DNA of 36,232 bases from Thermoproteota archaeon (GTDB lineage Archaea; Thermoproteota; Thermoprotei_A; Sulfolobales; Ignisphaeraceae). A model generated the notes under the pieces. It had not been told where the DNA came from and did no database searches. It was given only the letters and a program-made list of their open reading frames with translations. The stretch is taken from contig JAUQPB010000003.1 of assembly GCA_030550585.1 (NCBI GenBank), positions 1 to 36,232 on the forward strand, in the 5' to 3' direction. Below, in pieces: positions 16,895 to 26,885 of the stretch; the stretch's first letter is position 1; every line of letters begins with the position of its first letter. A program made the position numbers and the translations under genes.

Positions 16895-19800
16895 TTAGAA
16901 TATCTCCTCTTCCCTCATAAGTCTACTAGCTATAATAGTCCTGATCTTGAAGGCTATGTAAACAGCTATTCCAAGACCAATTAGAGTTGCTATAATGGGC
17001 ATGAACCTCCATATAAGCGCCTGTATTGTTGGTGATAGATATTCAACTGTTGTATAGTCGCTGCCCAAGTTAACGAGCAGTGTTTTTGATTGGTAACTTG
17101 GATGGGAGATCTCTATTCGATATGAAGAGTATGGCAGTTGCGTTGATATACTCCCATCATCTGATGATATGAGGGATGTTAGAGTTGTTCCAGTCTCTAG
17201 GTTTATTATCTGTGCAGTAGCGTCTTTAATTGGCGTTGTCCCTTCTCTGAGATATATTGTGAGCTTGTATCTATTTCTAGGTACAGCTACTGTTATCTGG
17301 CTGTTGTTGTATAGTGAAACGGTTACAGGCTTTGAAGAGGAGTAGATGGCTGTGTATGCTTGCTGGGGAACAAGCTGAATTGTGTAGGTTCCGTATGGAA
17401 GTGTTATATTGCCTCCTCTAAACTTTTGCATATATAGAGAGTTGTTGACATATAAGTCGAAGTCTCCTATGAGTTTTCCAAATGGATCGTCAACAACTCT
17501 TATAGACAGCGTGTATTTGATTCTTGGAATCCTTATATTCATGGTCATTGGGTTTGAAACAAAGATCTTTGTAGAGACAGTCTCATAGATGTTTTCAAAG
17601 CCTTCAGCAGGCTCTGCCCGAACTGTGTAGTTTCCGAATGGTAGAGATGCTATAACGCTTCTGCTAGAAGGATCTACTAAAAACACCTTGTTGATAGCCC
17701 CCATGATACTTACCTTCAGGGGAGCTATCAACCTATTGAAGTCGTCTCCAAAGTAGATTGTAACTATATGACTTTTTCTCTGTATTGTAGCATTTACAGC
17801 AATATTTCCATTTGCGTAGATAACTTCTTCATAGTTCTCATACACATTCTCAAATCCTTTTGACGGTGTTATTGCAATACTCCAGTTGCCATATGGTATA
17901 GATAGTGATATGGTATTATCACTTGTTTTAGATATTCTTGGACTACCATTAACAAACACGTCAATTGGCGCTACAAGTGCATTGCTTATAAAGTCTCTCA
18001 CATATAATGTCATAGTATATATCTTTCTCTCCATGGTTATGCTAACATTCTTATCGCTGTCTACAAATAGGTTTAGCGTCTTCTCATTATAAGCATTTTC
18101 AAATCCCTTAGCAGGTTTAACAACTATCGTTGTATTTCCATATGGTACGGTAAGTGCAGTACTCAAAGATTTGAAGGCAGGTATCGACAAGTTGTATTCT
18201 AAGCCATTTGCCACACTCATTTGGAGAGGTGCAACAACAGAGCCATTGGTTATAGAATCAAATATTTTTATATAAACCTTGTACATTCTTCTCTGAAGTG
18301 AGACATCTATACTGGTGTTTTTATTGACAAAGAGGCTTATGAAGGTAGAGTTGTAGGCTGCTTCAAAGCCCTTGGCAGGTGCAACAGCTATTGTGTGTGG
18401 CCCGTATATAGCGGATATTGTTACCGTCGGCGCAGTTGTCGGACCTGCAACAACATTGCCGTCAAGCAAGACGATATATGGTGCAACAACTCTTCTCGAG
18501 ACATTATCGTAGACATTTATAGATAGTCTGAATGTTCTATATTTTAGCTGAATGACCTCGTCTATGTCTCTAAAGCTTATGGCCACTATATTGTCTAACA
18601 CCACACCTTCTATATACGGCTCCTCATAGTCAATCCTAACGCTATACGCTATTCCTGGTATGATGTTTCTTACAACAATCTGTCCATTCTCATCAGGTTT
18701 TAGAGTTATACTTCCAGCAGGGTATTTGAAGACTGCGTGAACCTTAGCAATGGATTCGTTAGCTGGTAGCAGAATTCTTAGCCTTAGGCTTGGAGCCGTT
18801 ATAGAGTCTAGCGATACAGGTTTAGACGATGAGATCAAGGTGTTGATATTTTTGATAACAACTATTTCACTTGATGTTACTAAGAATGATGTTGATGTGT
18901 CTTCCAGCACAGATCCATCCACATATCCACTCTCAGAAGCGGCAAGATATGTAGAGTTTCTGAAGAGTGGTACAGCATACTGCCTAGAGGCCATAACTTG
19001 TATTCCCTGAGACGATATGACTGCATACGAATATGTTTGACCAACTATTGCGGTACAGACCCTTCTTATAGAGGCTTCAAATGGATATATGTATTGCAGA
19101 GTAAAGCTTGGTCCAACGCTGTAAAATCTTATGTTACTTGAAGAGGGGGTGTTGACCCCAATTATAACAGTATCTCCAGATGGATATGCACTCACATCAA
19201 CGAGATTTGCCCCGCTCCCAACATAGTCAACAAATTTGTTGCCAATCAGAATACTGTTACCTTGGATACTGACTGTAGACAGCGTTACTGTGCCTGCTGA
19301 TGATGATCCAAAGACAGCTATTATGGATGGTGAGGCAGCCCCCCGTACAAATTTCATTGAATCAAAGTTTAGGAGCAGTGAATCCTTTGTCTCCGCCTTT
19401 GAAGAATATGATGACGGTACGCTAGAGAGGTCGAATAGCGATATCTTCACGCGCATAAATGGTGGGGTTCCATAAACCTTTAGAGCGTTTCTTGTGTCTG
19501 GAGGTGATGGAAGTGTGACTGGGGGTATATAGACCTCGTTATCAACTACCTTATAGTACTTGGGGTTAAAGCTAAAGAACCACATAATGTTTCCTGCTGT
19601 ATCCCTTATACTCAAATTGGCTAAGAGCGTCTCATTCCCGACAATGGGTATCGGTATCCTCGCCACACCACTCTCATCAGCATTAACGCCATAGAGATAA
19701 GATACATTGAGTGTTTTGCTGTATGCTAAAACCTCCACAAGCGCGTTTGCTGCTTTATGGAGGGTGTTGTTGTATACATAGGATATGTTTGTGACCAAGA

Positions 19801-20515
19801 CAATGTACTGCGCTGGGAGATAGGATATGAAAACCTGGGATGCATCATAGTATACACCATCTGGTGTAAACATCTTCAAGGGCTCAACATCTTGAACATA
19901 TATCTTGTCAAAGTGTATAGAGACATTGCCTGTCATATACCCTGCTCTAAAAATCCCTGGAAGATTCTCGTCGAATGCATACACATAGCATTTCATACAT
20001 GGTAGTGCTCTTGGCCCGCCCTCGCTTACAAGCACAATAATCTTTGTCGACCCGCCACCCCCTCTCGCAATATAGGCTTTATCCACGTAGAAATCTGCTC
20101 CAAGAACTCTGTGAACATAGCCTATGATATCGCCTCCACTAAGCTTTAGTAACAGTATCTCTCCTTTGTCGCTACCAATTACAACTCTTGTCGGTGGATA
20201 TCCATCTGTATCAAGCCATGTTGGAGAGCCTGTAAGTGAATAGAGCTGTAGTATCTTTGGCTCTTGATAGGGATCTGAAACATCTATTAGTGCAACTGCG
20301 TTGGATCCATTTATTGTTCCAGCAATCAAAATCCTGTTCTGGCTAACGCCAATTCCATAAACTGGTTTGATCCAGCTTGGCAGGGAGATTCTATAAGCAT
20401 ATGCAAAGTCTGTTGGAAGCCAATCACCCTGAGCTGCAACGCTATGTACGTTTGGCAAAAATGTTGATATAAGTACTATTAATGTGATGGTCACGACATA
20501 TTTTTTGTAATTCAT
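16895..20515 (-). CDS. Large cell-surface protein: signal peptide, probable beta-propeller, tandem beta-sandwich (PEGA/CarboxypepD_reg-like) repeats, C-terminal TM
   Basis: 1206 aa; roughly 85-aa repeats carrying PYG...PAKGFEAAY / PAKGFENAY / PSKGFENVY / PAEGFENIY; many N-x-S/T sequons; TM PIIATLIGLGIAVYIAF. Confidence 0.85.
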   Translation of the reverse strand: MNYKKYVVTITLIVLISTFLPNVHSVAAQGDWLPTDFAYAYRISLPSWIKPVYGIGVSQNRILIAGTINGSNAVALIDVSDPYQEPKILQLYSLTGSPTWLDTDGYPPTRVVIGSDKGEILLLKLSGGDIIGYVHRVLGADFYVDKAYIARGGGGSTKIIVLVSEGGPRALPCMKCYVYAFDENLPGIFRAGYMTGNVSIHFDKIYVQDVEPLKMFTPDGVYYDASQVFISYLPAQYIVLVTNISYVYNNTLHKAANALVEVLAYSKTLNVSYLYGVNADESGVARIPIPIVGNETLLANLSIRDTAGNIMWFFSFNPKYYKVVDNEVYIPPVTLPSPPDTRNALKVYGTPPFMRVKISLFDLSSVPSSYSSKAETKDSLLLNFDSMKFVRGAASPSIIAVFGSSSAGTVTLSTVSIQGNSILIGNKFVDYVGSGANLVDVSAYPSGDTVIIGVNTPSSSNIRFYSVGPSFTLQYIYPFEASIRRVCTAIVGQTYSYAVISSQGIQVMASRQYAVPLFRNSTYLAASESGYVDGSVLEDTSTSFLVTSSEIVVIKNINTLISSSKPVSLDSITAPSLRLRILLPANESIAKVHAVFKYPAGSITLKPDENGQIVVRNIIPGIAYSVRIDYEEPYIEGVVLDNIVAISFRDIDEVIQLKYRTFRLSINVYDNVSRRVVAPYIVLLDGNVVAGPTTAPTVTISAIYGPHTIAVAPAKGFEAAYNSTFISLFVNKNTSIDVSLQRRMYKVYIKIFDSITNGSVVAPLQMSVANGLEYNLSIPAFKSLSTALTVPYGNTTIVVKPAKGFENAYNEKTLNLFVDSDKNVSITMERKIYTMTLYVRDFISNALVAPIDVFVNGSPRISKTSDNTISLSIPYGNWSIAITPSKGFENVYENYEEVIYANGNIAVNATIQRKSHIVTIYFGDDFNRLIAPLKVSIMGAINKVFLVDPSSRSVIASLPFGNYTVRAEPAEGFENIYETVSTKIFVSNPMTMNIRIPRIKYTLSIRVVDDPFGKLIGDFDLYVNNSLYMQKFRGGNITLPYGTYTIQLVPQQAYTAIYSSSKPVTVSLYNNSQITVAVPRNRYKLTIYLREGTTPIKDATAQIINLETGTTLTSLISSDDGSISTQLPYSSYRIEISHPSYQSKTLLVNLGSDYTTVEYLSPTIQALIWRFMPIIATLIGLGIAVYIAFKIRTIIASRLMREEEIF

Positions 20516-20849
20516 ACATACATCACCTTGTAGGGCATAACATCCAACTTGGACAACTCTATCTACAACTCCACCAAATCTAAAGAATAGGATTCTAACT
20601 GTTTTTAAAGTTTTTGTTTACCCAAGACTTTATAGCAATAACAACATTTATAGCAACAAAGCTTCAGAGCCTTATGATAACATATTGTGTCTATACCTCA
20701 ACAATGTCTCAACATCATCTTATTTCTCAAAAATCTTTGTATTTCTGAAGCAATGCCACAAGTACTACATATCTAGTAGCATTAACTACAATGTTGATAG
20801 AATGATGAAGCTTTTATTCTCTGTATCTGTATCTTCTCTGGCGTTTTGT

Positions 20850-21896
20850 ATGGTTAGCATCATCTGGTCTGTTTCGAGCAACCCCAGCATCTATAGAGAT
20901 GGTGCTTATTCGTGCTGTGTTTTCGAGGATACACTCTTTGTAGTTGGTTTCGATGAAACTAGTGGGCTGGGGAAGCAAAGGTATAGAATAGAAACTAGAC
21001 GTATTTCGGATGGCTCTCCCATTGGCAGATGGTCTGACGATAAGGCTTATAGCTTTGCATCTCTTTTTTCATGTGTTGTTGTCAAGAACAAAGTTGTAGT
21101 TGTCGGTGCTACAGAGAGCTCTTGGAGTGTAATAGCATTTGATAAGAAGCTTAATGTTGTTGCTAGAAAAGATTTTGAGAAGCCTAGGTTCATACCATAT
21201 TCTGTTGATAGCGATGGGGATATAGTTCTTGTTGGTGGCATTGAACTAGTCGGCGAAAAGGCCTATGCTATTCGAGTAGAGGTCTTGTCTGCCGACGACC
21301 TGTCTCCCATTGGTTTCTACACATCGAATCCCATGGGGAAAAACGCTGGTGCATACTCCATCATCTACAATCCAACGGTAAAGAATGTTATTGTTGGCGG
21401 TTTTGATGAGCTTGATGGTGCTAGGAAGTGGAGGGTAGAGATATTGTCTAGAGACCTCTCGCTAACAAGAATTGCTAGGCTAGATCTCAACGGTTCTGTA
21501 ACTGGGTTGGCTGTTGACTCTCAAGGGTTTGTCTATGCTGTTGGCAGAGGTGGGGTGGCTAAAATAGATAGGAATGGTAGTGTGGTGTCCACAACGAGAG
21601 CGGTCTCAGGAGCACAGGTGATAGCATCTCCAAGCGATTCGAGACCAATTGGAAGATACATTGGTGTTGTATCTGACAACAGCTTCTATCTGCTGGACAA
21701 AAACCTTGGAATGGTTGACAGAGCCATATTTACTAGAGAAGCAGAGGCAACATTTGTTGGACAGGGAAGACCTGCCATGGACTCTGAGAAAATCTACATA
21801 GCGGCCAGCACTATTGTGACAGATGTTGACTGGGGCTGGAGAGTGATAGCTTTAAACCCATCGCCATCCATGTTCAGAAGAATCTTCAGAACATAG
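20850..21896 (+). CDS. Beta-propeller repeat protein
   Basis: Recurrent blades LFVVGF, VVVVGA, VLVGGI, VIVGGF, VYAVGR, each followed by (W/Y)R(V/I)E-type strands. Start tentatively ATG 20850; the ORF is open from 20685. Confidence 0.78.
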   Translation: MVSIIWSVSSNPSIYRDGAYSCCVFEDTLFVVGFDETSGLGKQRYRIETRRISDGSPIGRWSDDKAYSFASLFSCVVVKNKVVVVGATESSWSVIAFDKKLNVVARKDFEKPRFIPYSVDSDGDIVLVGGIELVGEKAYAIRVEVLSADDLSPIGFYTSNPMGKNAGAYSIIYNPTVKNVIVGGFDELDGARKWRVEILSRDLSLTRIARLDLNGSVTGLAVDSQGFVYAVGRGGVAKIDRNGSVVSTTRAVSGAQVIASPSDSRPIGRYIGVVSDNSFYLLDKNLGMVDRAIFTREAEATFVGQGRPAMDSEKIYIAASTIVTDVDWGWRVIALNPSPSMFRRIFRT

Positions 21897-21906
21897 AGGG
21901 AGGGAG

Positions 21907-22236
21907 CTAGCCATACAATATCGATGCTAAAACCCTTTTAAACTTGTCCGGATCGTTAAGAAAGCTTGTGGCAAGCTCCTCCTCAAGATCCAATCTATTC
22001 CTCTCAACAAGTAGAGGCCTGAGAAAAAGGTATTTCACAACAAAGTAGACAGACGACATATCATTACTGTATCTACTCAGTAGAACATCCCTTAGCTTCC
22101 CAGGCTCATCAAGAAAAAGATCTGTGCAACTCCTGCCGTAGAGCCTCCTACAGTTTATCTCCATAATCTCGTAGAAGCCTGGTATCTTGCTCTGCATGCT
22201 TCTCCTAATGATCGAAGCTATTGCCGCTCTATCCAT
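21907..22236 (-). CDS. Small helical hypothetical protein (DUF3227/NitrOD5-like, tentative)
   Basis: 109 aa; PGFYEIMEINC..LFLDEPGKLRDVL, and a second FLNDPDKFKRVL motif. Confidence 0.72.
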   Translation of the reverse strand: MDRAAIASIIRRSMQSKIPGFYEIMEINCRRLYGRSCTDLFLDEPGKLRDVLLSRYSNDMSSVYFVVKYLFLRPLLVERNRLDLEEELATSFLNDPDKFKRVLASILYG

Positions 22237-22241
22237 AGCTA

Positions 22242-22266
22242 GTCACATCCAAGAGCTTGATGTGAC
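22242..22266. promoter_or_regulatory. Inverted repeat GTCACATC-CAAGAGCTT-GATGTGAC, candidate operator
   Basis: Perfect 8-bp arms ending 5 nt upstream of ATG 22236. Confidence 0.45.
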
Positions 22267-22377
22267 CACAACACATAGAGTAATTGTGACGAGAAAATAT
22301 TAAGGAATGTGAGAAAAGTTTTTAGGTGCCTAGGCATTGACCCACCTACACAGCTCTTAGGCCTTTCAAAACCCTTC

Positions 22378-23478
22378 TCATGTTTGTATACTATTATGGC
22401 CAGGAATATATAAGTTTTGATGGTATTTCACAACCTTTGACGAGGCTTTTCTAAGCCTATTCATAACTGCTAGCCCGAGTCCCTTCTCCTCAACCCCCTC
22501 AACAATTGCTATGTCAACCCCCTCCCTATCAAGCTCTCTCAGAATCTTAAACAGGTTTCTGGCAACCTCGAAAACGTTTTTTCTCGAGCCATAGACAAGC
22601 ACCTTATCTGCTAATCCCTTGTATCTGTGGAACGTCTCAGAAGATGCTATGACTGCAACCTTTTTACCTGTTCCCCCAACCTCTTCAACAACCCTGATAA
22701 CATCTTCAACCATTTTCTCGACATCCTCTCTATACTCAACTAGGATTAGTGGTGTCTCTGGGGAGTAGTGCTTGTACTTCATACCGGGTGCAAGAGCCCT
22801 TTCGCTCTCTCTATAGCCCCTGGCCTCTGGAGTTATGATGATCTCCTCCCCAAGAACCTCAGCTATCTTCTCTACAGGCATTGCACCAGGTCTTAGAAGC
22901 TTCATAGGCTTTGATGTGGCGTCGATTATTGTTGACTCTACTCCGTAGAGCGTTTCCCCAGAATCTATTATAGCATCTGCTCTTCCAAACATGTCGACCA
23001 TTGCATGGAAACCTGTTGTTGGGCTTGGCCTGCCAGATATGTTTGCACTTGGAGCTGCTATAGGCCCTGCACAATCTATGAGCCTTAGAGCAACTGGGTG
23101 GGCAGGCATTCTAACAGCAACTGTTGGGAGGTTCGCTGTAGCCTCTTGGGCCACCCTAGGGCCTTTCCTTAGAAGGACTGTGAACGGCCCTGGCCACAGA
23201 ACATCTATTGCCCTAGCAATCTTCTCTGGAACCTCTTCGACAACCTCGTAAAGCTGCTTCTTATTGGATATGTGCACAATTAGTGGGTTGTCCATGGGCC
23301 TGTTCTTAGCTATGAATATCCTTTTAACGGCCTCTCCATTGTATGCCGAGGCCCCGAGCCCATAGACGGTCTCTGTCGGGAATACCACTATACCCCCTCT
23401 CGAAACAATCTCGCAACACTCTCTAACAGAACCCTCGTCTATGTTGTCAACCGCTATCCGATAAACCCTTGTCAACAC
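22378..23478 (-). CDS. sua5: Threonylcarbamoyl-AMP synthase (Sua5/TsaC2)
   Basis: FPTETVYGLGA, KNRPMDNPLIVH, AVRMPAHP, AAPSANISGRPSPT, GVESTI, APGMKYKHYSP, AVMNRLRKA. Confidence 0.96.
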   Translation of the reverse strand: MLTRVYRIAVDNIDEGSVRECCEIVSRGGIVVFPTETVYGLGASAYNGEAVKRIFIAKNRPMDNPLIVHISNKKQLYEVVEEVPEKIARAIDVLWPGPFTVLLRKGPRVAQEATANLPTVAVRMPAHPVALRLIDCAGPIAAPSANISGRPSPTTGFHAMVDMFGRADAIIDSGETLYGVESTIIDATSKPMKLLRPGAMPVEKIAEVLGEEIIITPEARGYRESERALAPGMKYKHYSPETPLILVEYREDVEKMVEDVIRVVEEVGGTGKKVAVIASSETFHRYKGLADKVLVYGSRKNVFEVARNLFKILRELDREGVDIAIVEGVEEKGLGLAVMNRLRKASSKVVKYHQNLYIPGHNSIQT

Positions 23479-24112
23479 CGGCTATTCTCACCCAGCCCAA
23501 TCTAGAGGCAATTTCTATAGCATCTAAAAGGTTTTTCGCAATTGGTATTCCAAGAACCTCCAGATCCTCGTCTAGGTAATCGGTATCGCTTATCCTGAGA
23601 TCCCTGGCGTTTCTAAGTATCACAACAGCCTTCAGTCCGTTGAGGTATGCTGCCAAGGCATCCAGCATCTTATCTCCTATGAAAAGAGTTCTCGAGGGTG
23701 AAACACCGAGTTTTTTAACAGCAATGGCTATCTGCTCGATTCTATTCCTGGCATCCTCTCTAGAAACAAGCACCTTCGCGCAATCGCTGATCCCAAGCCT
23801 TTTAAGCACCTCTACACCAGCTACCTTACTCTGCATAGTTACAAAACCTATTGTGTAGAGTCTGCAAAGCTCGGAGACTATGACAGGGGAGTTGTCAAGC
23901 ACAACAATGTTTTCAACAGCCCTCAGCTCAAGCTCGCTAACAAGATTGTGTATCCTCCAAAAAGATTCTGTACCATGACACCTATTCACAAAGCCTAGAA
24001 AACTGTTTGCACTACACGGCTCCTCTCTAATAGCATCTATTACAGCCCTCCAGTCTATTGGCAACAACGCTAGCGTTCCATCAACATCGAATACTATTGC
24101 CTCAACACCCAA
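23447..24112 (-). CDS. HAD-superfamily hydrolase
   Basis: Motif I FDVDGTL, motif II VT, motif IV FIGDKMLD. Confidence 0.85.
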   Translation of the reverse strand: MGVEAIVFDVDGTLALLPIDWRAVIDAIREEPCSANSFLGFVNRCHGTESFWRIHNLVSELELRAVENIVVLDNSPVIVSELCRLYTIGFVTMQSKVAGVEVLKRLGISDCAKVLVSREDARNRIEQIAIAVKKLGVSPSRTLFIGDKMLDALAAYLNGLKAVVILRNARDLRISDTDYLDEDLEVLGIPIAKNLLDAIEIASRLGWVRIAGVDKGLSDSG

Positions 24113-24250
24113 CTATTTACACCATGTATAGCAAACATCAGATACATTGGTAATGCCTAATAAGCTGATTTGGAAATGATTGAGTGTTGTTGCATATGCC
24201 CATGAAAAAATATTTGCTGTAGCCACACTATTGATTGGAAAGGTGATTCG

Positions 24251-26803
24251 ATGAGTAAAACTCTTTCCCTCATCCTCTTATCCGTAGTGCTAATAGCGGC
24301 TGTCAATGGCCTTGCCATTGGAATTGCTAAAGCAGGTTCGCTAAGCAATGCAAGCGAATATATAATATACTTCAAAGACAGGTCTGAACTATCGCAGATA
24401 TCCTTGCAGTGTATGGTCGAAAGCATTTTCTGGAATATTGGTGCTGCCCTAGCCCTCTGCAACCAGGGCTCTGCCGAGGCTCTTCGAAACATGGGCTTTG
24501 CCGTCTACCCCAATTCGAATGTGTCTATACACTCAACACTCTCGAGCTTGAGGATCGTTGGTGATGTAAAAAGGGTTTACCAGGAGCAGACAGGCTTTGG
24601 AAACATATCCTCTGCGTGGTCGTGGGCTATATCGAGAGTGGGGGCAGACATTGCATGGAGGTTCTTCAATGCTTTGGGATACAATGTCACAATAGCTATT
24701 CTGGACACAGGTATAGACCCCACACACCCGCTGATAGCCGGTAAACTCGTTGGTTGGATAGAGTTTGACAGAAAGGGTAAACCCGTTTGCTCGGATCCCC
24801 ACGACACATATGGTCATGGGACATGGGTTGCCAGCATAGCTGCTGGTGGGGATGGAGAGAGATACGTTTTTGGGGTGGCACCAGAGGCTAGGATAATATC
24901 GGCTCTCGTTCTGCCAGCTGGGAGTGGGACAGACGCACAGGTTTTGGCAGGGCTCGACTGGGTTCTCAAGCCATATGACTGTATGGGGAGGCCACTAGAT
25001 GTTGGCAGGGTGAATGTTGTTTCGATGAGTTTTGGAGCCCCAGGAAACTACTCAAATGTGTTTCTACCAGCTATAGAGAAACTGATTGAGAATGGTATTG
25101 TGGCTGTAGCTGCTATAGGGAACGAGGGGCCGTACACCTCCTCTAACCCTGGAAACATATGGGGGGTTATAGGCGTTGGCGCAACAGACTTCAACGACGA
25201 AACAACATGGTTTAGCAGCTATGAATATGTTGAGTGGCCAGATCCCCCGGCTACATGGCCATTTGAAGGAGAATATCCTAAAACCTATGAGAAACCCGAT
25301 GTTGTTGCGCCCGGCACAGATGTTCCAGGGGCTTTCCCAGGGGGGCTGATAGCTATAGGCAGTGGAACAAGTGCATCAACACCTATAGTAGCTGGGATAG
25401 CAGGTATTGTGAGTAGCATTCTCTACTCCAAGGGGCTTAGAGGCCCCCAGCTCGTGATGCAGGTATACAACATACTGACCTCGTCTACAGATCCTGTGAG
25501 CTCTCCCGGTGCTGGAAAGGGGCTTGTAAACATGTTTAAAGCAGTTGCAAAAGCTCTTGAATACCAGATCTACAGCCTAAAAATTGGTGTATACCCATAT
25601 GAGACACCAATATCACCACTATCAAGGGTCGCGGCCAGGATCTCTGGACTCTATGAAGAAACCCAGCTATCTATCTATGTGGCTGGCGCAGAGGTCTACA
25701 GAGGTGTTTACACACCGGGGAGTATAATAGAGTTTGTTGTTCCGCCAACACATGTTGAAGGAAATGAGGTTATTGTTGCTGGCATTGAGGAAAGCCATGT
25801 CTACTATGGCAAAACACTTATCTATATAAACCCAGCTATCTACCTACCAATCAAGAACGCTAGTAGAATAGCAAACATTTCTAGCGGAGCTGTTCTAGAC
25901 ATTGGCGTTGGTGGTGTTGGTATAGGGGATCTGATAGCAATATACATAGGAGATAGCATAGCTGGTTTAGACACAGCTGGTCTGAGAGGCTGGATGCATG
26001 CAAATCTGATTGTACCCTATGTTGAGAGAGGCGATTGGTACAACATCACAGTATACGACTACTCAAACCCGAGTATAGTCCTCAGTCACCCACTATACAT
26101 ATCAAAACCTGTTATGGCTAAAGAGGTAGAGGTTATAAATAGGACATACATAGTCAACAACACCATCGTCAATGAACATAGACTATACACCCTTCTACCC
26201 CTTCTAGTCAACACAAAAAGCTATTACGTTGCTGGGGAGGAGGGCTACATAGAGATATCATCACCGATTAACATATCTGTAGATAGAGTAGAGATTGTGG
26301 CAAAGCCGAGCAATGCAATAGATGTGAGAATACTCAACATTTCAAAACCTTACGCCAATGTATATAGGGTGTGGATAGAGCCAATACCAAAGACTGCATT
26401 CACCTCTGCAGAAGCAATTGCAACAATATATATTAGAGTAAACGGTACAGAGGTGCGGTATATAACAACACTTTCTATATTGTCGCAAAAACCAGAAGAG
26501 GAGATGGCAAAAATGGTTGGTAGTATGGTTGATGCTGTGACCAGGAACATGACAATCATTGAAACAAGCTTAGAGAATAGGCTGAATAGCATAGCGGCAG
26601 AGATAGAGAGTATAAGAGGTGTGGAAAGCAAGGTAGAAGGGGCTATAAACAATATAAGTGCATTGAATCAAACAATACACAGCTACTACAAAGACATGAG
26701 CGGTAAGGTAGACACAATATCAAAAGGGCTAATGGCAAGTATAGCACTAGCGGTAACAGCTATTGCGCTAGCTGTAATAGCGATCGTAAGAAGGGGTAGG
26801 TAG
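24251..26803 (+). CDS. Membrane-anchored subtilisin-like (S8) serine protease
   Basis: Signal peptide; triad ILDTG / HGTWVA / GTSASTP; oxyanion AIGNEG; KPDVVAPG; C-terminal coiled coil, TM and RRGR. Confidence 0.92.
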   Translation: MSKTLSLILLSVVLIAAVNGLAIGIAKAGSLSNASEYIIYFKDRSELSQISLQCMVESIFWNIGAALALCNQGSAEALRNMGFAVYPNSNVSIHSTLSSLRIVGDVKRVYQEQTGFGNISSAWSWAISRVGADIAWRFFNALGYNVTIAILDTGIDPTHPLIAGKLVGWIEFDRKGKPVCSDPHDTYGHGTWVASIAAGGDGERYVFGVAPEARIISALVLPAGSGTDAQVLAGLDWVLKPYDCMGRPLDVGRVNVVSMSFGAPGNYSNVFLPAIEKLIENGIVAVAAIGNEGPYTSSNPGNIWGVIGVGATDFNDETTWFSSYEYVEWPDPPATWPFEGEYPKTYEKPDVVAPGTDVPGAFPGGLIAIGSGTSASTPIVAGIAGIVSSILYSKGLRGPQLVMQVYNILTSSTDPVSSPGAGKGLVNMFKAVAKALEYQIYSLKIGVYPYETPISPLSRVAARISGLYEETQLSIYVAGAEVYRGVYTPGSIIEFVVPPTHVEGNEVIVAGIEESHVYYGKTLIYINPAIYLPIKNASRIANISSGAVLDIGVGGVGIGDLIAIYIGDSIAGLDTAGLRGWMHANLIVPYVERGDWYNITVYDYSNPSIVLSHPLYISKPVMAKEVEVINRTYIVNNTIVNEHRLYTLLPLLVNTKSYYVAGEEGYIEISSPINISVDRVEIVAKPSNAIDVRILNISKPYANVYRVWIEPIPKTAFTSAEAIATIYIRVNGTEVRYITTLSILSQKPEEEMAKMVGSMVDAVTRNMTIIETSLENRLNSIAAEIESIRGVESKVEGAINNISALNQTIHSYYKDMSGKVDTISKGLMASIALAVTAIALAVIAIVRRGR

Positions 26804-26841
26804 AGGAGGATATAATTCAGCGAATTTCATGAAAACCACAA

Positions 26842-26879
26842 GTTGTTGTTGACCCGTGTTGACACGGTTTGAAAACAAC
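26842..26879. terminator. Hairpin between convergent genes
   Basis: Core CCGTGT-TG-ACACGG flanked by GTTGTT/AACAAC and followed by TGTTTTT. Confidence 0.4.
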
Positions 26880-26885
26880 CTGTTT

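Noticed and set aside
22346-22420. TATA-like element in the sua5 tail followed by an 11-codon ORF (MRRVLKGLRAV)
   Set aside because: Too short to support, with no recognisable homology.
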